IMG/VR virus record: IMGVR_UViG_3300042243_000008
Span: 1-25,608 of that record
Source: a virus
Taxonomy: Duplodnaviria > Caudoviricetes
DNA length: 25,608 bases
Direction: 5' to 3' (one strand)
Within the stretch, counting starts at the first letter, position 1. Each line of letters begins with the position of its first letter. The notes below the pieces were generated by a model. That model had not been told where the DNA came from and made no database searches. It was given only the letters and a program-made list of their open reading frames with translations. Positions 1-8,264 of this stretch are shown here, in pieces. The position numbers and the translations under genes are program-made.

Positions 1-1467
1 GTCGCCTACTACTTGGCGCCGGTGTTCGGTTGGGTTGCGCCGTCGAAGGATTCGGGCGAGCTGGCGCGGATCATCACGACCGCGTGGGTGGAGCTGCCGC
101 GTAAGAACGGCAAGACGACGACCGCGTCCGGGACGGGCATCTACCTGACGGGCGCGGATGGTGAGCCGGGTGCGCAGGTGGTGTGCGCGGCGACGAGTAA
201 GGATCAGGCGAAGTTCGCGTTCGATCCGATGAAGCAGATCGTGCGCGGGTCGCCGGCGTTGGGGAAGCACTTCGAGCCGTTCCAGTCGAAGATCGTGCAC
301 AAGGCCTCAGAGTCGGTGTTCGAGCCGGTCGCCAATGTTGGTGACGCGCAGCATGGCCGGGATTTGCACGGCGGGATCGTCGACGAGGTGCACCTGCACA
401 AGACGAACGATCTGATCGAGGCGATCGAGACCGGCACGGGGTCGCGGATCCAGCCGCTGATCTTGTTCATCACGACTGCGGATGCGGGTCGGCGGCACAC
501 GCCGTATGACGAGAAGCGCACGCGGATCGAGAAGTTGGCTCGCGGGACGCTGAAAGACCCGACCACCTACGGTGTGATCTTCGCGGCCGAGCCGTCCGAT
601 GACCCGTTCGTCGAGGCGACCTGGAAGAAGGCCAACCCGGGGTATGGGGTGTCGCCGACGAAGCGGTTCATGGCGTCGGCGGCGACGAAGGCGAAGGACT
701 CGCCGGCTGAACTTGCGTCGTTCCAACGGCTGCACTTGGGGATCCGGACCAAGCAGCAGTTCAAGTTCCTCGAGCTGGGCCCGTGGGATGTGAATGCGTC
801 AATCGTTGATCCGATTCGGTTGAAGGGCCGGGAGTGTTTCGGCGGCCTGGACCTCGGCTCCACATCGGACTTGACGGCGCTGTGCTGGGTGTTCCCCGAT
901 GGGGGGGCGTTCGATGTGATGCTGCGGTGTTGGGCGCCGGAGGACAGCGTCGAGAAGTTGGATGAGCGCACGGCGCGGGCCGCGTCGACGTGGGTGAAGC
1001 AGGGCTGGTTGACGACCACGCCCGGGAATGTGACGGACTACGACTTCATCGAGGCGCAGATCGGTCGGGATCGGGACCTGTTCCTGGTCAAGGAGATTGC
1101 CTATGACCGGTGGAATGCGCAGCAGTTGGTGAACAACCTGATCAGCGATGGCGCGCCGATGGCCACGATGGGTCAGGGGTTCGCCTCGATGTCGGCGCCG
1201 ACGAAGGACTTGCAGCGGCTGATCCTCACCGGAACTGAGCAGAAGCCGATCGTCCGGCATGGCGGTAATCCGTTGCTGCGGTGGATGGTGGACAACTTCG
1301 CGGTGGCGATGGACCCGGCAGGGAATGTGAAGCCGGACAAAGCGAATGCCGGGGACAAGATCGACGGCGTAGTGGCCCTGATTATGGCGCTGTCGCGGGC
1401 TCTGGCAGCGCAGGACGTGACGCCTACATCGGCGTACGACGACGGCGAAGGGCTGATGATCGTATGA
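1..1467 (+). CDS. terL: Terminase large subunit, 5'-truncated (HK97-like Terminase_1 type)
   Basis: Frame is open from base 1. Walker A LPRKNGKTT, Walker B GIVDEVH, nuclease motifs GLDLGSTSDLTA, YDRWNA and DKIDGVVA. Confidence 0.96.
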   Translation, partial: VAYYLAPVFGWVAPSKDSGELARIITTAWVELPRKNGKTTTASGTGIYLTGADGEPGAQVVCAATSKDQAKFAFDPMKQIVRGSPALGKHFEPFQSKIVHKASESVFEPVANVGDAQHGRDLHGGIVDEVHLHKTNDLIEAIETGTGSRIQPLILFITTADAGRRHTPYDEKRTRIEKLARGTLKDPTTYGVIFAAEPSDDPFVEATWKKANPGYGVSPTKRFMASAATKAKDSPAELASFQRLHLGIRTKQQFKFLELGPWDVNASIVDPIRLKGRECFGGLDLGSTSDLTALCWVFPDGGAFDVMLRCWAPEDSVEKLDERTARAASTWVKQGWLTTTPGNVTDYDFIEAQIGRDRDLFLVKEIAYDRWNAQQLVNNLISDGAPMATMGQGFASMSAPTKDLQRLILTGTEQKPIVRHGGNPLLRWMVDNFAVAMDPAGNVKPDKANAGDKIDGVVALIMALSRALAAQDVTPTSAYDDGEGLMIV

Positions 1468-1682
1468 GGATGCGCCGACATCCCGGCATGAACCGGAAGG
1501 TGCTGGTGTCACTGATCTCGGGCAGCGCGGTGTCTGGCGTGTTGACGAAAACACCAGGCCCGCTACTGATTCTGCAAGGAGCGATGATCCATGAACCAGG
1601 TGCAGAGCCCGCAGCGGCGGACGGCGAGATCGTGATCGACGGGGCGAACGTCGACTACGTGCAGATCGTGGGCGGCGGCTAA
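1464..1682 (+). CDS. Small (72 aa) Sm/LSm-fold-like protein
   Basis: ATGA overlap with the terL stop. RKVLVSLISGSAVSGVL...LLILQGA...GEIVIDGANVDYVQIV matches the Sm1/Sm2 hydrophobic and Gly pattern. It is the 3' part of track ORF 1281..1682. Confidence 0.75.
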   Translation: MRMRRHPGMNRKVLVSLISGSAVSGVLTKTPGPLLILQGAMIHEPGAEPAAADGEIVIDGANVDYVQIVGGG

Positions 1683-1687
1683 CCCGG

Positions 1688-2992
1688 ATGGGTTTCGTGC
1701 AGTCGGCGGGCGCAGTTCGTGGCCTGTCCGGCCGGCCGGCGTTCTCAACGCCTTCGCAGCGGATCACGCTGTCGAGCACGATGGCGGTTGAGTACGGCGA
1801 GATTTGGCGCACCCAGGAGTCGGTGCGGACCGTCGTAACGTTCCTGGCCCGCAACATCGCGCAGCTCGGACTGCCGGTGTATCGACGCAAGGGCGAGGCT
1901 GATCGTGAGCGTTTGCAGGACCATCCGCTGTCGGTGCTGCTCCGGAGGCCGAATCCGTGGACTACGCGGTACCGGCTGATCAACGGCCTGGTGCACGACT
2001 TCGCGATCTATGACGTGGCTTACTGGTGGAAGACGAAGACGGCAGACGACGGCTTCGGTGTGATGCGCATTCCGCCGAAGATGGTCAAACCGGTGGGTGA
2101 CAACTGGTTCACGCCGGAGGCGTTCGAGATCGCCGGGACGAAGCAGCGGCGAGTTGTGCCGGCGAACGAGATCGTCTACTTCCGCGGCTATGGGCTGGAC
2201 GAGGACACCGGCACTTCGCCGTTAGAGGCCTTGCGCAGGACTCTCCGCGAGGAGTGGACCGGCTCTGAGATGCGCGAGCAGATCATGCGCAACGGGGCCA
2301 GGGTGTCTGGCTACATCGAGCGGCCACCGACGGCGATCTCGGGCAACTGGTCTCCGGAGGCCCGCGCCGCGTTCCGGAGGCAATGGCACACCCAGTACAC
2401 CGGTGACAGGGCCGAGCTGGCCGGCGGAACACCGATCCTCGAAGACGGTATGACCTTCAAGTCGGCTGCGCAGTCCGCGAAGGACTTGCAGTACATCGAG
2501 GGACGCAAGCTGACTCGTGAAGAGGTGGCGGCGGCGTACTTCATCCCGCCGCCGATGGTCGGAATCCTGGACAAGGCCTCGTTCTCGAACATCACCGAGC
2601 AGCACAAGATGCTCTACCAGGACACGCTCGGACCGTGGCTGACGATGATCCAGGATGAGATTGCGCTGCAACTCATCCCGGAGTTTGAGCCGGGGCCGAA
2701 GGCGCACGACTTCTACGTGGAGTTCAACCTGCGGGAGAAGCTGACCGGATCGTTCGAGCAGCGCGGTGCGGTGCTCTCCCAGGCCGTTGGTGCCCCGTGG
2801 CTGACCCGCAACGAAGCCCGAGCGATGGACAACCGTCCGCCCGTCGACGGCGGCGATGAGCTGATCCGTCCGTTGAACGTCACGCAGAACGGTGACCAGA
2901 ACCCGGTGCCCGCCGAAGACGGCCCTCCGATGGCGCCGACCGGCAACGACTACACCGCTCCGGACACCCCGGACGACGCGCAGGAGGACTGA
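1688..2992 (+). CDS. Portal protein, HK97 family
   Basis: Position, 434 aa, and motifs LARNIAQLGL, RPNPWTT, GTSPLEAL, IPPPMVG, SFSNITEQ, WLTRNEAR. Confidence 0.95.
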   Translation: MGFVQSAGAVRGLSGRPAFSTPSQRITLSSTMAVEYGEIWRTQESVRTVVTFLARNIAQLGLPVYRRKGEADRERLQDHPLSVLLRRPNPWTTRYRLINGLVHDFAIYDVAYWWKTKTADDGFGVMRIPPKMVKPVGDNWFTPEAFEIAGTKQRRVVPANEIVYFRGYGLDEDTGTSPLEALRRTLREEWTGSEMREQIMRNGARVSGYIERPPTAISGNWSPEARAAFRRQWHTQYTGDRAELAGGTPILEDGMTFKSAAQSAKDLQYIEGRKLTREEVAAAYFIPPPMVGILDKASFSNITEQHKMLYQDTLGPWLTMIQDEIALQLIPEFEPGPKAHDFYVEFNLREKLTGSFEQRGAVLSQAVGAPWLTRNEARAMDNRPPVDGGDELIRPLNVTQNGDQNPVPAEDGPPMAPTGNDYTAPDTPDDAQED

Positions 2993-3771
2993 TGCTCACC
3001 AAGAACCATCCGATTGAACTGGTCGCATTCAAGGCCGGCCCCGATGACGGACTCGAAGAGGGCCAGTTCACCGCCTACGCGTCGGTCTTCGGCAACAAGG
3101 ACTCCTACGGCGACGTCGTGGTAGCTGGGGCGTTCGCGAAAGACCTTTCGCGATGGGAGAAGTCGGGTAACCCGATCCCGCTGCTCTTCGGGCACAACAT
3201 GTCCGATCCGGACTACAACATTGGGCACATCGTGAAGGCCGAGGAAGACTCGGTCGGCCTGAAGATCACCGGTCAGCTCGACTTGGAGAACCCGAAGGCC
3301 CGGCAGGTTTACCGGATGCTCAAGGGTCGGCGAATCAACCAGATGTCCTTCGCCTACGACGAGATCGAGTCCGGACCCGCCATGCGTGACGGTGAGAACA
3401 TTTGGGAGCTGCGGGAACTCAAGCTCTATGAGGTATCTGTCGTGACTCTGGGCGCGAATCAGGAGACCGAGATTCTGGCGGTGAAGTCGATGCCGACTGT
3501 CGCCGAGCGTGCACTGCGCGACATCAAAGCCGGCCGCGTGCTATCGGCCAAGAACGCGGGCGAACTCCGCGGGGCGCATGAGGCCATCGGCCGCGTCCTG
3601 TGCGCCCTCGAAGGCACATCTGACGAGGAGAAGGCCAGCGACAGCGGCCCGTCTCGCCAAGCTCCGGCCGGGGATACCCAGTCGGGACAGCCGCGTGAGG
3701 CCAGCCGCAAGTCGTCCGTCGATACCTCGGCAATGGAACTGCTCAGCCTCGAAATCGAGCTGAGCGCGTAA
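2992..3771 (+). CDS. Prohead maturation protease, HK97 family
   Basis: FTAYASVFGNKDSYGDVVVAGAF, LLFGH, MSFAY, LYEVSVVTLGAN; lies between portal and capsid. Confidence 0.93.
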   Translation: MLTKNHPIELVAFKAGPDDGLEEGQFTAYASVFGNKDSYGDVVVAGAFAKDLSRWEKSGNPIPLLFGHNMSDPDYNIGHIVKAEEDSVGLKITGQLDLENPKARQVYRMLKGRRINQMSFAYDEIESGPAMRDGENIWELRELKLYEVSVVTLGANQETEILAVKSMPTVAERALRDIKAGRVLSAKNAGELRGAHEAIGRVLCALEGTSDEEKASDSGPSRQAPAGDTQSGQPREASRKSSVDTSAMELLSLEIELSA

Positions 3772-3794
3772 CTCTCACGAAGGAGAAGAACACC

Positions 3795-5141
3795 ATGCCG
3801 ATGACGGCAACCAAGCTGGCCGACCTCCAGAAGGCCGCACTGCATCACACCGAGAAGGCCCGCGAGATCATCGAGGCCAACGCCGACAAGGACCCCAGCG
3901 CGTGGTCGGAGGACGACCGTAAGTCCTACGACGAACACCTGGCCAAGGGCCGGGAGAAGCTCGACGAGATCAAGGTAGCCAAGGACGACCTGAACGTGCT
4001 CGGCGCAGCGAAGGCGCTGGCCGATGAGATCGGGCAGCCCGCCAAAGACGACCTCGACGCCCAGGGCCAGCGGCCCGTCCGTGAGCGGGTCAAGGCGCTG
4101 GGTCTGCAGGTCGTCGAGTCGCCGGAGTTCAAGGCGATGCTCAAGCCGTTCACCGCTACCGATGGCTCGGTGCGGATCGGTGAGAAGACCCGCATCCAGT
4201 CCGACCCGATCAACATCAAGGGGCTGTTCGTCGGCGGCACCGACACCAGCGCCGGTGCGTTCGTTGTCAACGAGCAGACCGGCATTGTCGAGATGCTGGG
4301 CCGCAAGGAACTCAAGCTGCGCGATCTCATCTCGGTGCGCCGCACCGGATCGGACACGGTGGAGTACGTCGAGCAGACGTCGCACACCAACGCGGCCGCA
4401 GTGGTCCCCGAGGCAACCAGCTCGGCCGCTCCGACGCTGCCCGCCCTGGACGGCAACGCCCTGGCGGCAGGTGCGAACCTGGTCAACAACCCCAACGGCG
4501 GATACAAGCCCGAGGGGTCGTGGGCGTTCGTTCGCCGCACCGCAGTCGTCAAGACGATCGCGGAGTGGGTGCCGGCCACCAAGCGGGCGCTCGCCGACGT
4601 CGCTCAGCTCGAAGGGTTGATCAACGACGAGCTGCGCGCCGACGTCGCGGAGGCCGAGGAGGCGCAGATCCTCGCCGGTGACGGTTCCGGTGAGAACTTC
4701 ACCGGTATTCGGAACTGGTCGGGCATCCAGACTCAGGCCTTCGACACTGACATCTTCCGCACGGTGCGTAAGGCGATCACGAAGGCTCGCACGGTCGGTC
4801 GGGTCAACCCGAACGCGATCCTGGTGTCCCCGGCTACCGCCGAGGTCATCGACCTGGCGAAGGATGGCGAGAGCCGGTACTACTACGGCGGTCCGCAGTC
4901 CATCGGCCCGCGGACCTTGTGGGGTGTCCCGGTTGTCGAGTCGGAGTCGCAGGCCGACACCGACGTTTTGGTCGGCGACTTCTCCAAGGCGGTGTTCTGG
5001 GACCGCGAGCAGACCACGGTGACGATCTCGGATTCCCACGCCGACTTCTTCATCCGGAACATGGTCGCGATCCTCGGCGAGGAGCGCGGCGCGTTCGCGC
5101 TCACCCGGCCGAAGGCCATCGTCAAGGCAGCGCTGTCCTAA
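3795..5141 (+). CDS. Major capsid protein, HK97 fold with N-terminal helical scaffolding (delta) domain
   Basis: RBS AAGGAG. Helical N-terminus, then KTIAEWVPATKRALAD, GDGSGENFTGI, TLWGVPVVES, VGDFS, FIRNMVAILGEER. Confidence 0.95.
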   Translation: MPMTATKLADLQKAALHHTEKAREIIEANADKDPSAWSEDDRKSYDEHLAKGREKLDEIKVAKDDLNVLGAAKALADEIGQPAKDDLDAQGQRPVRERVKALGLQVVESPEFKAMLKPFTATDGSVRIGEKTRIQSDPINIKGLFVGGTDTSAGAFVVNEQTGIVEMLGRKELKLRDLISVRRTGSDTVEYVEQTSHTNAAAVVPEATSSAAPTLPALDGNALAAGANLVNNPNGGYKPEGSWAFVRRTAVVKTIAEWVPATKRALADVAQLEGLINDELRADVAEAEEAQILAGDGSGENFTGIRNWSGIQTQAFDTDIFRTVRKAITKARTVGRVNPNAILVSPATAEVIDLAKDGESRYYYGGPQSIGPRTLWGVPVVESESQADTDVLVGDFSKAVFWDREQTTVTISDSHADFFIRNMVAILGEERGAFALTRPKAIVKAALS

Positions 5142-5158
5142 GTGTCGCTGTTCAATTC

Positions 5159-5194
5159 GGGCTCGGCCGGGGCGGCTACGCCTCGGCCGGGTCC
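5159..5194 (+). terminator. GC-rich 16-bp stem-loop after the capsid gene (mRNA stabiliser or U-tract-less terminator)
   Basis: gggctcggccggggcg-GCTA-cgcctcggccgggtcc pairs fully using G-U pairs; no U-tract. Confidence 0.5.
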
Positions 5195-5216
5195 GGCCTC
5201 ATCGAAGGAGGAACCC

Positions 5217-5390
5217 GTGGGGCTCAAGGAATACGACGTTGAGATCAACGGCCATAAGACGACCCTGCAGCTGTCCGACAAGGACGCGACAGAGCTGGGC
5301 CTGACCGTTCCCGCGGGGCCGGCCGAGGCGAAGGCCCCGGCGAAGGCACCGGCGAATAAGGCCCGCACTCCGCGGAACAAGCAGGCCTGA
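5217..5390 (+). CDS. Small (57 aa) head-associated hypothetical protein
   Basis: RBS AAGGAGG precedes GTG at 5217. LKEYDVEINGHKTTLQLSDKDA with a basic Ala/Pro tail, in the usual position after the capsid gene. Confidence 0.75.
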   Translation: MGLKEYDVEINGHKTTLQLSDKDATELGLTVPAGPAEAKAPAKAPANKARTPRNKQA

Positions 5391-5397
5391 GTTTTTC

Positions 5398-5928
5398 GTG
5401 CTCGACGTTGACGTGTTGGCCGACTACACGAAGGGTCGTCTTGACGCCGACGCCGACGAGACAGCCCGGCTGCTCGACAGCGCTGTTGCTGCGGTGCGCC
5501 GGTGGTGTGGCTGGCACGTCGCACCAGAGTTGACTCAGACGGAGACCGTCGACGGTCCGGGCGGTGCACTGTTGCGGCTTCCGTCGTTGCGTGTTGTCGC
5601 GCTGTCCGCGGTCACTGAGGATGGTGTCGACCTCGACCTGGCCGGGCTGGAGTGGTCCCGCATCGGCCTGGTGCGCAAGAAGTCCGGCGGGCTCTGGACG
5701 TCACGCTTTCAGGGAATCACGGTGACGATGTCCCACGGCTTCGCTGATGCTGCGGACTTCGAGACCGCGGTGTATTCGGTGGCCGACCACATGTCTCAGG
5801 CTGCCGACGGCGGCGCACCGACTGTTGTTGGACCGTTCCGGTGGGGCAATGCGGACAGCCCCGATGCGGGGTTCACGACGGCTGAGCTGTTGATTCTGGA
5901 GCAGTACCGGCTCGAGCGGGCGGCGTGA
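5398..5928 (+). CDS. Head-to-tail adaptor
   Basis: AVAAVRRWCGWHVAP, LLRLPSLRV, ITVTMSHGF; synteny. Confidence 0.8.
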   Translation: MLDVDVLADYTKGRLDADADETARLLDSAVAAVRRWCGWHVAPELTQTETVDGPGGALLRLPSLRVVALSAVTEDGVDLDLAGLEWSRIGLVRKKSGGLWTSRFQGITVTMSHGFADAADFETAVYSVADHMSQAADGGAPTVVGPFRWGNADSPDAGFTTAELLILEQYRLERAA

Positions 5929-6266
5929 CCGAGAAGGTCACGATCACTCCGCGGGCCGGCATGGATGCGCATGACAATCCGCTGCCCGCTGGAACGCCGT
6001 TCGCGGTGGATGCACTTGTTGCTCCGGGCAATACGGCTGTGGAGCCGGGGGCGGACGGCGACCTGGATACAGTCTCTTTCACGGCGTATCTGCCGCTGCG
6101 CGTGAAGCGGAACGGCGCGTGGGTGCGCACTGTAACCGTGCTCACCGACAACTTCACGATCCTTGTTCGCGGCCAGGTGTGTGTGGGCCGGGCGAAGGAG
6201 TGGGAGCAGGCGGGCCGCGGCGGGGTCGAGGTGTTGGCCTTTGCAGCGACGGGGGCGACGCCGTGA
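5925..6266 (+). CDS. Head-to-tail stopper
   Basis: GTGA overlap, beta-rich 113 aa protein, directly after the adaptor. Confidence 0.7.
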   Translation: MTEKVTITPRAGMDAHDNPLPAGTPFAVDALVAPGNTAVEPGADGDLDTVSFTAYLPLRVKRNGAWVRTVTVLTDNFTILVRGQVCVGRAKEWEQAGRGGVEVLAFAATGATP

Positions 6267-6652
6267 CCCGCGTGCAGGCCGACGTCGTCAAGCCGATCGC
6301 CGACTGGCTCGACGCGCGGCTACCGACCGCCGAAGCCCGGCTGAACGTGCCGGCCAAGTGGACACCGGCTGATGGTCCGCTGCTAGTCGTCGCTGACGAC
6401 GGCGGGCCGACACGGTGGCCGATCAAGTCCGATCACACGATCCGTTTGACCGGATGGGCTGCCGGCCGGGATGAGGCCCGCGGCATCGTGGCGCTGGCCG
6501 CCGGGTTGCTGGCCGGATCGAATCCCCGCCCGCCCGGAGTCGCGTATGTCGATCCGGAGATGGGCACGATCCTCGACGCCCGCGATAAGACCACCGGCGC
6601 CATGCTGGCGTCGATCCTGATCGGCGCCACCGCCCGGACCGTCGAGGTCTGA
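6263..6652 (+). CDS. Tail terminator
   Basis: GTG at 6263 overlaps the upstream TGA. PLLVVADDGGP...TIRLTGWA..RDEARGI is a tail-terminator pattern. Confidence 0.7.
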   Translation: MTRVQADVVKPIADWLDARLPTAEARLNVPAKWTPADGPLLVVADDGGPTRWPIKSDHTIRLTGWAAGRDEARGIVALAAGLLAGSNPRPPGVAYVDPEMGTILDARDKTTGAMLASILIGATARTVEV

Positions 6653-6978
6653 TGGCTTTCGAGCTGGACAAGGCGGGCGGCGCCGAAGTCCTCAAGGTGA
6701 TGGCCGCCGAGGCGATCGCCGCGCTGGCACAGCAGGTCGCGGCGGCCGCCGGCGAGGGCGCGGTGGTTGAGATGTCCACCACCGATCGGGCCCGCGCGAA
6801 GGTGAAAGTCCCGGCTGATGTGCAAGCCAAGGACGGTGTTCTGACCCGCGCCGCCGCTGAGGTCGGCCTGGAGGTGCGGCCCAGCAAGAAACGCCCGCCG
6901 CGAAGCAAGTCGCGCGCGAAGAAGTCCGGTGTGCCACGGAAGCGCGGCCGGCCGCGCAAGTCCACGCCGAGCGAATAG
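6652..6978 (+). CDS. Neck or tail-completion-like protein with a basic C-terminal AT-hook tail
   Basis: FELDKAGGAEVLK...TTDRARA...QAKDGVLTRAA resembles actinophage neck proteins; C-terminus contains PRKRGRPRK. Confidence 0.7.
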   Translation: MAFELDKAGGAEVLKVMAAEAIAALAQQVAAAAGEGAVVEMSTTDRARAKVKVPADVQAKDGVLTRAAAEVGLEVRPSKKRPPRSKSRAKKSGVPRKRGRPRKSTPSE

Positions 6979-6986
6979 GAATCGAC

Positions 6987-7014
6987 CCCGCCCTAATCCC
7001 TGGGCGGGTTTTTT
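6987..7014 (+). terminator. Intrinsic terminator between head-joining genes and the major tail gene
   Basis: CCCGCCC-taatccct-GGGCGGG followed by TTTTTT. Confidence 0.7.
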
Positions 7015-7059
7015 GCGCCCGCAAGGGCATGAGTAACGCCCTTGAAGGAGGGAAATCCC

Positions 7060-7860
7060 ATGGTGCAGACCATTAATCCAGATGCCACCACAATCCCCGA
7101 CAAGGCTGAGGTGTGGATCGCACTCAAGTCCGATGTGTCGAACCTGGCGGCGATGATCCCGGCCACCCCGACGGCGGACCTCGACGCGCTCGGATGGAAG
7201 TTCTCCGGCCTGATCGACGACAAGAAGGGTATTCCACTCGATCCGAGCATCGAGGTCAAGGAGTACGACGCGTTCGGCCGGCCGGCGTTCCGGATGAAAG
7301 CCCGCAAGGGCAAGCTCAAGAGCGGGTTCACCGCGCTGGAGTTCAACGACGCCACCAGGGCGATCATCCTGCCGGGCTCGGCTGCCAACAAGATCGGCAT
7401 TCCGAAGAACGTCCAGATCTATGTCCTGTACCGGTTCATCGACGAGGACGTCTCCGCCGGCAGCCGAGTATGGGTGTCGTTGCGTCCGGCGCTGGCCGAG
7501 CTGAAGAGCCACGGCGGCATCGTTGACGGCGAGTTGTCGTTCGCCGAAATCGTGGTTCACCACACCGCGGACGCCGCGAATGACGTGTTCCAAACCGTGG
7601 GCGGCCTGCCACTGACCAAGGTGTTCACCCTCGGCAGCGGCCTGACGTCCTACATCGTGACCGTCGACGGCCAGACCACCGCGGTGATCTCGACGCTCAC
7701 GTCGGCTGCGTTGCAGACCGCGCTGCGTGCGTTGGCGATCGTCGGCAGCACAGGCGTGACCGTGACGGGTTCCGGTTCGGGTCCGTTCACCGCGGTGTTC
7801 ACCGCGCCGGTGCTCTCGGTGACCGCTGGCGGCACCGGGGGCACGGTCACCGTCGCGTAG
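7060..7860 (+). CDS. Major tail protein with C-terminal accessory domain
   Basis: RBS AAGGAGG before ATG 7060. INPDAT.IPDKAEVW, GWKFSGLIDDKKG, GFTALEFN; C-terminal Gly/Thr-rich domain from about 7612. Confidence 0.9.
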   Translation: MVQTINPDATTIPDKAEVWIALKSDVSNLAAMIPATPTADLDALGWKFSGLIDDKKGIPLDPSIEVKEYDAFGRPAFRMKARKGKLKSGFTALEFNDATRAIILPGSAANKIGIPKNVQIYVLYRFIDEDVSAGSRVWVSLRPALAELKSHGGIVDGELSFAEIVVHHTADAANDVFQTVGGLPLTKVFTLGSGLTSYIVTVDGQTTAVISTLTSAALQTALRALAIVGSTGVTVTGSGSGPFTAVFTAPVLSVTAGGTGGTVTVA

Positions 7861-7869
7861 CTGTTCCAC

Positions 7870-7916
7870 CCCGGCCCAGGGCGAGGAGCCCGACGACACC
7901 CGTCCCCGGGGCCGGG
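7870..7916 (+). terminator. Stem-loop after the major tail gene
   Basis: cccggccc (7870-7877) pairs with gggccggg (7909-7916), plus an inner gggcg/cgtcc helix; no U-tract. Confidence 0.4.
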
Positions 7917-7961
7917 TCGCCTCCCCCCCGACATCCCGCATCTAGTGAGAGGACCCGTCCA

Positions 7962-8264
7962 ATGCCTGAAATTCCCGACACCGCGCCGAAGCCGCGGGAC
8001 CGCAAGCCGAAGAGATCTACCGAGGCGCGGCAGGCTGAAGTCGACGGCTATATCGACCTTGAATCATGCGGGCTCACATTGCGTGTCCCCGTTCTCGGGA
8101 AGGTGCCATTGAGGGCGGTTATCGCGTTCAAGCGTGGTGACGAGTTCGCCGGCACCGAGGAGTTGCTCGGGCCGGAGCAGTGGGCCGCATTCATGGAGAA
8201 GAACCCGACGGTCGACGACTTCGCTGCGATCGGCGAGCAGCTCAACGACATACTGGGAAACTGA
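7962..8264 (+). CDS. Tail assembly chaperone (G)
   Basis: Follows the major tail gene. LLGPEQWAAF..KNPTVDDF; ends at GGGAAAC-TGA. Confidence 0.88.
   Translation: MPEIPDTAPKPRDRKPKRSTEARQAEVDGYIDLESCGLTLRVPVLGKVPLRAVIAFKRGDEFAGTEELLGPEQWAAFMEKNPTVDDFAAIGEQLNDILGN
8255..8261 (+). other. Programmed -1 ribosomal frameshift slippery site GGGAAAC
   Basis: X XXY YYZ heptamer directly before the G stop; the -1 frame is open to 8662. Confidence 0.85.

Noticed and set aside
3459-5039. Long minus-strand ORFs (this 526 aa one, also 799..1983, 6433..7941, 9881..11377, 15599..16840, 17828..19654)
   Set aside because: Shadow frames antisense to well-supported genes in high-GC DNA; Arg/Gly-rich with no motifs or start signals.
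5142-5216. Track start at 5142 for the small post-capsid gene
   Set aside because: The region is a stem-loop; a strong RBS supports GTG 5217.
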